A stretch of DNA of 64,000 bases from an uncultured candidate division Zixibacteria bacterium (GTDB lineage Bacteria > Zixibacteria > MSB-5A5 > GN15 > FEB-12): contig CAVTJJ010000006.1 in assembly GCA_963735035.1 (NCBI GenBank), positions 608,001 through 672,000 of the forward strand, read 5' to 3'. Each line of letters begins with the position of its first letter. The first letter of the stretch is position 1. Below the pieces are notes generated by a model. It saw only the letters and a program-made list of their open reading frames with translations, did no database searches and was not told where the DNA came from. The position numbers were made by a program, and so were the translations under genes. Below are positions 56,856 through 64,000 of the stretch, piece by piece.

Positions 56856-57770
56856 ATGCTGTCTTTTCGAGACATGCGAAATCGTTACGGCAAATTAGTG
56901 TTGCTGTTGGCCGGGTTGGTATTCTTCTCGGCCAACGGTCTCTACTTCCTGGAGATATCCACCAATGAGGTTCAGGCCGCCGGCGAGAAGACCCTGGCCT
57001 TCGATTTCGAAAACCTTCCCAGCACTCCACGTCTCAACATAAGCGCCCAATCGGCGCTGCTAGTGAATTACGACAACGGCCAGGTGCTTTACGCCAAAAA
57101 CGTAGACGCCCCCAGACCGATCGCCTCGATTACCAAGCTGGTAACGGCTATGGTGGTACTGGATAAGAAAGTTGATCTGGCGACATCGGCAACGATCAGT
57201 GAGGAAGACGCCCGCAATTCGTCACGCTCGCGTCTGAGAACCGGTTACAAGCTAAGTGTGCAGGATCTGCTTTACGCCGCCCTGCTCAATTCTGATAACC
57301 GGGCGGCGCGAGCCCTGGCACGAACTACTAGCGGCACATATGAGGCTTTCGCCGAAGAAATGAACGCGAAGGTGAAGAAGCTCGGCTTGAAAAACACGAT
57401 CTTCTTCGAACCGTCCGGGCTGGACTCGCGAAACGTCTCGACCGCTCAGGAAGTAGCCAAGATTTTGCACTATGCCTACGACTACCCGTTGATCAGGGTA
57501 ATCACATCCCAGAAGACCTGGCGGTGCCGACTGCTGAACCGCAAGAATAAGTATGTCCAGATGGCCAACACCAACATGATCATCAATTCAAAATACCGGG
57601 TGTTGAGCGGCAAGACGGGTCACATAAATGAATCGGGCTACTGTCTGACCACGCTCGTGCAAAATGGAAAAGGGGAGAGGTTGACCTGTGTGGTGCTTGG
57701 GGTTCCCGGCGACCACCTTCGCTTCAAAGAGGCCCGCCGTCTGGTTGACTGGGGCTTTGGACGGCGATAA
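56856..57770 (+). CDS. D-alanyl-D-alanine endo/carboxypeptidase (peptidase S11, PbpG-like)
   Basis: ASITK (SxxK), SDN (SxN), KTG; N-terminal hydrophobic segment. Confidence 0.92.
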   Translation: MLSFRDMRNRYGKLVLLLAGLVFFSANGLYFLEISTNEVQAAGEKTLAFDFENLPSTPRLNISAQSALLVNYDNGQVLYAKNVDAPRPIASITKLVTAMVVLDKKVDLATSATISEEDARNSSRSRLRTGYKLSVQDLLYAALLNSDNRAARALARTTSGTYEAFAEEMNAKVKKLGLKNTIFFEPSGLDSRNVSTAQEVAKILHYAYDYPLIRVITSQKTWRCRLLNRKNKYVQMANTNMIINSKYRVLSGKTGHINESGYCLTTLVQNGKGERLTCVVLGVPGDHLRFKEARRLVDWGFGRR

Positions 57771-57776
57771 GAATCT

Positions 57777-59264
57777 TCAGGGTGTGGGGACGCCGCCCAA
57801 TTCGGCCGCTTTTTTGGCGGCATCTCTTCTGACCAACGCGTAGTTCACCGAATTGATCTGATATGCTTGCGCCAGATCGCGGTACGTGTCTGCCGCTTTA
57901 GTGAGCTCACCTTTGCCCTCGTAGGTTTTCGCGAGAAAGTACCTCGTGAAAGGCTCATTGGGGTCGGCCTGTTCCAATTCCGCAATCGCCCGGTCGAAAT
58001 CCTTTTCGCCCACGGAAATCATGCCCATTATCAAATATGCGTTGCGTATCCGCGCGGCATTGGTGGCGGGTTCGACCTCGGACAGAAAGGCATCGGTCTT
58101 CTGACGAGCCTCGGCGAAATTTCCCTGCCAGAGCAGAGTCACGGCCTGCCAGAGATAGGCATCCAGATGGGCATTCTTCTTTATCCGAGCGAACAACTGC
58201 GAGTTGTCAACTATCTCCAACGATTGAGCGAGACGGCTTTCCAACTCCTGAAATCTACCAAGACGCGTCAGAACCGGAACCATTTGAGCCAGGTCATTCG
58301 CCGCGGTAGCCGGATCTGGAACAGACGAATCAAATTGGAAAAGCTCATCGAGCTTGCCCAGCCCCTGTTCCAAATTGCCTTCATCGATGTAGCTTACGGC
58401 CGTTCCCAAGATGGCGGCGCGTCGCTGACCACTGTCGACGGCGGAATCGTACAGGATTTGAAGTTCCCGGCGGGCGTCATCGTAGCGACCCAGATAGACC
58501 AGGTTGGATGCGATCCCGATCCGGGAGGCACCAAAGTCCCGGTCCTGCTTAAGGGCCAGACGATACTGCTCGATCGCCTTGTCGAACTGGCCTTCGTGCA
58601 TCAACAACTCGGCATAGGAATCGTAAGGGTTGGGATCATTGGGAGTCAGCCTGATGTATTCCTGAAACGCTCTGCCGGCTGCCTCATTATTGTTCAGAAA
58701 GCGATACGAATAACCCAGGATGTTGTACGGCGGCGGGTAGTTGGGAACTATCTTAACAACGCGTTCGCATACCGTGACGGCTGAGTCAAATTGCTGCTGG
58801 GCGAAATACTGTGAGGCCAGGAACATGAGCACGCACTCATCACGAGGATAGAGTCCGGCCAGTTTCAAGAGTAGTTCCTTCTGCTTGTTCGGCTCGCCGT
58901 TACCGCCGGCCAGCATGGCGTCAATCAGGAGGCGCTCACCCTCCGACGCTTTCAAGGCGAGTTTACTGGCCGTTTGAATGTTATCGAAGAAACCCTTGGC
59001 GCTGGGATTCGAGAGCGCCAGGTAGAGATAGGCCTGGGCAAATTCGGGATCCAGTTTGGCCGCTCGTTCAAAATGTCTTTGAGCTTCATGGAAGCGGATA
59101 TTATTGAACATCTGAACGCCGGTTTCAAATTCCCGCCGGGCCTCATCCGAAGACGTCGTTATCTCGAGCTTGTCGTTGCGCGTACCACTGCAGCCCCAGA
59201 GGCCGGTGACGGCTATCAATCCGATGAAAAGTATCGCTACAAATCTATTGGGAGCTGTTCTCAT
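57777..59264 (-). CDS. TPR-repeat lipoprotein
   Basis: Lipobox LWGC; many TPRs; PNDPNPYDSYAELL. Confidence 0.86.
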   Translation of the reverse strand: MRTAPNRFVAILFIGLIAVTGLWGCSGTRNDKLEITTSSDEARREFETGVQMFNNIRFHEAQRHFERAAKLDPEFAQAYLYLALSNPSAKGFFDNIQTASKLALKASEGERLLIDAMLAGGNGEPNKQKELLLKLAGLYPRDECVLMFLASQYFAQQQFDSAVTVCERVVKIVPNYPPPYNILGYSYRFLNNNEAAGRAFQEYIRLTPNDPNPYDSYAELLMHEGQFDKAIEQYRLALKQDRDFGASRIGIASNLVYLGRYDDARRELQILYDSAVDSGQRRAAILGTAVSYIDEGNLEQGLGKLDELFQFDSSVPDPATAANDLAQMVPVLTRLGRFQELESRLAQSLEIVDNSQLFARIKKNAHLDAYLWQAVTLLWQGNFAEARQKTDAFLSEVEPATNAARIRNAYLIMGMISVGEKDFDRAIAELEQADPNEPFTRYFLAKTYEGKGELTKAADTYRDLAQAYQINSVNYALVRRDAAKKAAELGGVPTP

Positions 59265-59407
59265 GATCTGTCCTCACACGAGTAGAGGGCGGCAGACTTG
59301 TCGCACCGGGCCGAAGTCACAACAGCCTACGCCACATGTCCACAAGATGTCTAACGTCTAAGAAAGCAATCAGGCCTGTTGAAACAAGCGATTTATCAGG
59401 GAGCGGC

Positions 59408-60952
59408 TTACAGGTCACCGGCCAGAGGCTTGCGTGCAGACTGACCTCGTCCCGGCTCACGAAGAAGCACCAGCATGGCGCTAACCTTGTCGCGGGTCCG
59501 GCGCTGAACGAGAGCGTGAAAGAGCGGATCGTACTGATCGTAGTCCAAGGCCTGACCGTAGTATTTCAGAGCCTGCGTATAGTTTCCCGACATTTCGTAG
59601 GCCCGTGCCATGTAATACTCACTGCAGGTCCGGGTAAAGTCGGTCTGAGAAAGCTGCCTGATAGCCTCCTGGGGCCGACCGGCAGCCAACTCAACCAATC
59701 CACTGGTTTCGTGAGCCAACTGCATTAGGGCGGGATCATCGGATTGTGCGGCCAACTCTACAAACCTGTCGGCGCAAGCCGAGGCCGATTCGATATTGCC
59801 ACGGACCAGCCACACCAAAACCATACGTTGCTGATGCTCTAATTCAGCCGTCTGGGCAGCTCCCTCGGGCAGAGACGCGGCGTTGGACTGAATCACCTGA
59901 AGAGATTGTATAAATGCCTGAGCCGCCTCGTCCGGCTGACCGACTTCCAGGCGAATTTTTCCCAGACAGTCGAGGTCGGCCGCGAAAGAGACCGGATCGC
60001 CGTCTTCCCGCGCAAGTTTGGCCGCATTATTGAACTGCCTGGCGGCTTCTTTCAGGTTTCCTTCGAACACGTAGGAAATAGCCAAACCTACCAGAGCGCG
60101 GTGACGATCATCAGGTACCGTAGCGCTGTCAAGGAGATAGTTGAGTTGATCACGAGCTTTAGCGAACTCGCCTAACATATTGTAGTTAGTGGCGATACCG
60201 AGATGCGATGCCGGAAACCCGGGATTGATATCGAGCGCCCTTCGATAGAACGAAATCGCCTCGGCATGGCGATTCATCTCGGTCAGCAAATCGGCATAGG
60301 AATCATAAGGATTAGGGTCATCGGGGTTAAGGCCGAGATACTTCAGGAAGTAGCGTTCAGCGCTCGGTATATTTCCCTGATAACGATAGCTGTATCCCAA
60401 CCCATTGTAGGGCTCGCTGAAGGTAGAATCCAGCTGGTTCGCGATTAGATACTGCTCAATCGCCGCGGCCCAGTCTTTTTGCAAATAGAAGTAATTGCCT
60501 AAGTCGTTGTGGGTTCTGGGGTCATTTGGGTACTTCTCAACGAGTTCTCGAAGCAACCAGCCGGCCGGGGCGACGTGTCGGCTTTGTAGTGCATCCGTGG
60601 CCGCGATTTCAAGCCTTTCGCCCTCAGACACCGTGTTCGTCAAGGCGAGAGCATGCGCTATCGCATCCGTACGATCCGCGGAATTTGTCAATAGACGGGA
60701 GATCTGCAGGTAGGCCATAGCAAACGAGCTGTCAAGCTCGATAGCCCTTTCGAACTTGGCCAGAGCTTCATCACGGCGATGTCGCTCGGCCAAGCCCCGC
60801 CCTTGAAGATACAAATCGCGAACGGCTTCGGAGCTGGTAGTGATGGGGACCAGGGTTGGGGAATGACGTCCACCAGAATAATGGAAGCTGGCAAATGCCG
60901 CGATTCCGACTAATACGGCTGCAACTAAGTACTGGAGCACTTTGGTAAACAT
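59408..60952 (-). CDS. TPR-repeat protein with N-terminal anchor, paralogue of 57777-59264
   Basis: N-terminal hydrophobic helix; TPRs; PDDPNPYDSYADLL. Confidence 0.86.
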   Translation of the reverse strand: MFTKVLQYLVAAVLVGIAAFASFHYSGGRHSPTLVPITTSSEAVRDLYLQGRGLAERHRRDEALAKFERAIELDSSFAMAYLQISRLLTNSADRTDAIAHALALTNTVSEGERLEIAATDALQSRHVAPAGWLLRELVEKYPNDPRTHNDLGNYFYLQKDWAAAIEQYLIANQLDSTFSEPYNGLGYSYRYQGNIPSAERYFLKYLGLNPDDPNPYDSYADLLTEMNRHAEAISFYRRALDINPGFPASHLGIATNYNMLGEFAKARDQLNYLLDSATVPDDRHRALVGLAISYVFEGNLKEAARQFNNAAKLAREDGDPVSFAADLDCLGKIRLEVGQPDEAAQAFIQSLQVIQSNAASLPEGAAQTAELEHQQRMVLVWLVRGNIESASACADRFVELAAQSDDPALMQLAHETSGLVELAAGRPQEAIRQLSQTDFTRTCSEYYMARAYEMSGNYTQALKYYGQALDYDQYDPLFHALVQRRTRDKVSAMLVLLREPGRGQSARKPLAGDL

Positions 60953-61188
60953 TCCATGGCCGATCTCTCAAGTTGAAGAATAACTCTATAATAGTTATTC
61001 GGCACTCACTGGATAGACCTTGAATCACCGGTTGGGCCTCGGAGTGGGGGCATGTCGAGGGAGGTAAAGAACCCGGGCTACAATGGCCGCTGGAATGGGC
61101 TACTTTCGAAGCTGGCGCGTCCTATAATATATATTATGTTTACTCATACAACCGCAAACCATTGTCTTCGATCGCTCGAAACCGCCCC

Positions 61189-63690
61189 TTACCCTTTGAC
61201 CACAATACTCAGCAGTCTTCCCGGCACATAGATCTTCTTAACGATCTGTTTGTCGGCCGTATGAGCCTTCACCCTTGGATCGCCAAAGGCCGCTTCGAAA
61301 GCAGTCGCCTCATCACAGCCGACCGGAACCATGACCGAACCGCGCAGCTTGCCGTTGATTTGAACTGCAATTTCGACCGAATCACCGACTACCGCCGCCT
61401 GATCGTATTTGGGCCATGCCGATTTGAAGATCGATTCGTTGAATCCGGCCAGTTGCCAGACTTCTTCAGCCAGATGCGGCGCCAGCGGCGCGATCGCCTG
61501 AATCGTCTTGAGAATTATCTGATCGTTCAATTCGTCGTTCTTGATCTGATCCGCCTGGTAATCCCGGACCAATTCCATGAGCGCCGCAATGGCCGTATTG
61601 AACTGCAATCGCTCGAAACTGTCATCGACTCGTTTAAGCGTCTGGTTCAACTTGATATAGATATTGCGCTCAGCCTCGGTCAATTCGGCGGTCTTAAAGT
61701 ATCGCTTTAAGTCGACCTGAGCTCCCCGCAAATGCGAAACCATGGGGTAGAGCTTGCCCGTTACGAACTTGTGCGGGCCTGTCAGGAACTCCTCGGTATT
61801 CCAGGCGACCGGTTTCTCCGATGGACCTACGAAAAACATCGCCAGCCGGGAGACATCCACCCCGTAATTGGCCATCAACTCAATCGGGGAGACGACATTG
61901 CCGCGCGATTTAGACATAACCTGGCCCTGTGAGTCCGAAACCATCCCGTGGTTAAACAGGCGCAGGGCAGGCTCTTCGCAATTCAACCAGCCGATGTCGT
62001 GCAGGAACTTCGTGAAGAACCGGAAATATATAAGGTGTCCGGTAGCGTGGGTGATTCCACCAATGTATAGATCGATCGGCATCCACCGGTTGGCTTTCTC
62101 ACGGCTGTACGGTTCCCGGTCGTTAGTCGGGTCGAGATACCGCAGGAAGTACCAGGACGAGCAAACAAACGTATCCTGAGTGTCCGGATCCCGCTCGGCC
62201 TCTCCCCCGCACTTAGGGCATTTTACCTTCACGTACGAAGCAACGTCGGCCAGAGGCGACCGCCCTTTGGGCATGTAATTCTCGACATCCGGCAGAAGCA
62301 CCGGCAGGTCGGCTTCGTCAACCGGCACCTCGCCGCATTTCTGGCAATGGATGATCGGAATCGGACAACCCCAATAGCGCTGGCGTGAGATCGACCAGTC
62401 CTTGAGCTTGTAATTGACTTTGCGACGGCCGATCTGCTTTTGCTCGGCGTAATCACTGACTGAGGCAATCGCCTTGTCGCCCGAGAGGCCATTGAATCGG
62501 TCGGAATTGACCATCGGCCCGTAATCAACGTAGGCTTGATCCATATGTGCAGCATCCAGAGTCGTTTGCGTGTCGGAATGAATCACCACCCGAATCGGGA
62601 TGCCGTATTTCTTTGCGAAAGCGAAATCGCGAGTGTCGTGCGCCGGAACCGCCATGACCGCGCCGGTGCCATAGCCTGCAAGAACGTAATCGGCCACCCA
62701 GAGTTGTACTCGCTCACCGTTGAACGGGTTAATGGCATACTTCCCGGTGAAGATGCCGTCTTTGTCGTCGGTCTGAGCGGCTCGTTCAATATCAGTTCGA
62801 GCGGCGGTCTTCTTCTGATATTCCACAACTTTCGCCGCGAACTCCGGCGTCATTTTCAAATGAGACAGAATTTCCGACTCGGGCGAAATCGCCATGAATG
62901 TCACACCATAGATAGTATCCGGGCGGGTAGTGAAAATCGGCAGCTTCTCGCCCGTATCTTCAATAGTGAAATCAACTTCGAGGCCGTGCGAACGGCCGAT
63001 CCACTCCCGCTGCATCGCCTTGACATTGTCCGGCCAGCCGGGGAGTTTGTCCAGGTCGTCAATCAGACGGTCGGCATAGTCGGTAATCTTGAAGTACCAC
63101 TGGATTTGCTCTTTCTTCTCGACCAGAGTGTCGCACCGTTCGCAGCGACCGTTCACCACCTGTTCATTGGCCAGGACCGTCTTGTCTTCGGGACACCAGT
63201 TGACAAACCCGCGACGCCTATAGGCCAGCCCCTTCTTAAAGAGTTGGATGAACATCCACTGCGTAAACTTATAGTACTCAGGGTCGCACGAGGCCACTTC
63301 GCGGGACCAGTCGAATGACACACCCACTTTCTGTAGGGTGCTTCGGCTGACCGCAATGTTCTGTTTGGTCCATACGGCCGGGTGAATCCCGCGCTGGATG
63401 GCGGCTCTCTCGGCTGGCAACCCGAACGCGTCCCAGCCAAACGGGTGCAGGACGGCATTACCTTTCATCATTTGCTGGCGCGCGACCGCGTCCCCGATGA
63501 TATAATTACGGAAATGGCCCATGTGGATGTCGCCGGACGGATAAGCGAACATTACCAGCATATAGAATTTGTTGGCAGGGTCCGGCAAGTCCGGAGCGCG
63601 GAATAGTTTCTGTTCCTCCCAGCGCTTCTGCCATTTTGCTTCGATCTCTGCGAAGTTGTATTCGGGAATCGTCATAACTTTCTGAGCCAT
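61189..63690 (-). CDS. leuS: Leucine--tRNA ligase
   Basis: YPSG-IHMGH, GWDAFGLPAE, TVLANEQV, editing FTTRPDT and GTGAVMAVPAHD, SRQRYWG, MSKS, VQING-like C-terminal domain. Confidence 0.96.
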   Translation of the reverse strand: MAQKVMTIPEYNFAEIEAKWQKRWEEQKLFRAPDLPDPANKFYMLVMFAYPSGDIHMGHFRNYIIGDAVARQQMMKGNAVLHPFGWDAFGLPAERAAIQRGIHPAVWTKQNIAVSRSTLQKVGVSFDWSREVASCDPEYYKFTQWMFIQLFKKGLAYRRRGFVNWCPEDKTVLANEQVVNGRCERCDTLVEKKEQIQWYFKITDYADRLIDDLDKLPGWPDNVKAMQREWIGRSHGLEVDFTIEDTGEKLPIFTTRPDTIYGVTFMAISPESEILSHLKMTPEFAAKVVEYQKKTAARTDIERAAQTDDKDGIFTGKYAINPFNGERVQLWVADYVLAGYGTGAVMAVPAHDTRDFAFAKKYGIPIRVVIHSDTQTTLDAAHMDQAYVDYGPMVNSDRFNGLSGDKAIASVSDYAEQKQIGRRKVNYKLKDWSISRQRYWGCPIPIIHCQKCGEVPVDEADLPVLLPDVENYMPKGRSPLADVASYVKVKCPKCGGEAERDPDTQDTFVCSSWYFLRYLDPTNDREPYSREKANRWMPIDLYIGGITHATGHLIYFRFFTKFLHDIGWLNCEEPALRLFNHGMVSDSQGQVMSKSRGNVVSPIELMANYGVDVSRLAMFFVGPSEKPVAWNTEEFLTGPHKFVTGKLYPMVSHLRGAQVDLKRYFKTAELTEAERNIYIKLNQTLKRVDDSFERLQFNTAIAALMELVRDYQADQIKNDELNDQIILKTIQAIAPLAPHLAEEVWQLAGFNESIFKSAWPKYDQAAVVGDSVEIAVQINGKLRGSVMVPVGCDEATAFEAAFGDPRVKAHTADKQIVKKIYVPGRLLSIVVKG

Positions 63691-63781
63691 AATACTATGT
63701 CCTGCCAGTAATTAATGGCCGGATAGTATTATGTTATCGACGCTTTGGCAACTGATTTCAATCTGACCCAGATTGGGGCAA

Positions 63782-64000
63782 TCAGCCGCGAATCCGGTTC
63801 AGCCAGACCGTTCCACCGGACAGTAGACTGACTACGCGTGACTTGGCGCGTTCAATACATGCCATAGGCCCGTGGCCGAGCTTCGCGCTGACACTCATCG
63901 GTGTGTCGAAACCGTAAACCGGCACCCGTCCGCGAGACAGATCATCGTCTTCGGCTTTCGGGAATTCCATCGTATAGCCAAAGCGATATCCGGCTGCGGC
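63782..64000 (-). CDS. C-terminal fragment of a gene running off the window, possibly a polysaccharide deacetylase
   Basis: Open frame from the window edge: AAAGYRFGYTMEFP....DLSRGRVPVY, resembling NodB-type C-termini; catalytic motifs lie outside the window. Confidence 0.5.
   Translation of the reverse strand, partial: AAAGYRFGYTMEFPKAEDDDLSRGRVPVYGFDTPMSVSAKLGHGPMACIERAKSRVVSLLSGGTVWLNRIRG

Noticed and set aside
57867..58784. 305-aa antisense ORF
   Set aside because: Shadow of the TPR lipoprotein gene; no motifs.
62536..63318. 260-aa antisense ORF
   Set aside because: Shadow of leuS; no motifs.

Overview
Bacterial chromosomal window, mostly housekeeping genes, from a diderm organism (LptD, BamD, LolA-like, OmpA). 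A secreted protein with a Cys-flanked dockerin-like C-terminus suggests candidate phylum Zixibacteria (inference, no search run). Gene order: PLP aminotransferase, DapF-like epimerase, TrpG/PabA-like amidotransferase, frameshifted MFS transporter, argS, shikimate operon (aroF-aroA-aroE-aroK-aroB-aroQ, no aroC), MATE, HDAC-family deacetylase, FAH-family protein, AlaX, long LptD, HU, ftsK-lolA-rimO-SLT-bamD-nadD-polA-coaE, transketolase, aminotransferase, a peptidoglycan-peptide recycling trio, osmC, a WD40/TSP3/dockerin protein, tRNA-Leu(CAA), PBP1A, tyrS, TPR and Ig-like envelope proteins, OmpA, a sugar ABC importer without ATPase, an uncharacterised membrane operon, an ABC-2 exporter, an S11 peptidase, two TPR paralogues, leuS and a partial gene. 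I saw no CRISPR array, prophage or transposase. The best candidate for an undescribed system is the translationally coupled operon at 51431-54403. It has two apparently paralogous two-helix proteins predicted to face opposite sides of the membrane, two ~205-aa polytopic proteins (one with a three-fold internal repeat), and a 42-aa CxxC..CxxC microprotein absent from the ORF track. Other highlights: a DapF with both catalytic Cys replaced by Ser, REP/MITE-like palindromes, and a hairpin covering the leuS start. All functional calls come from motif recognition by eye; several starts were moved from the ORF track to the more plausible codon.
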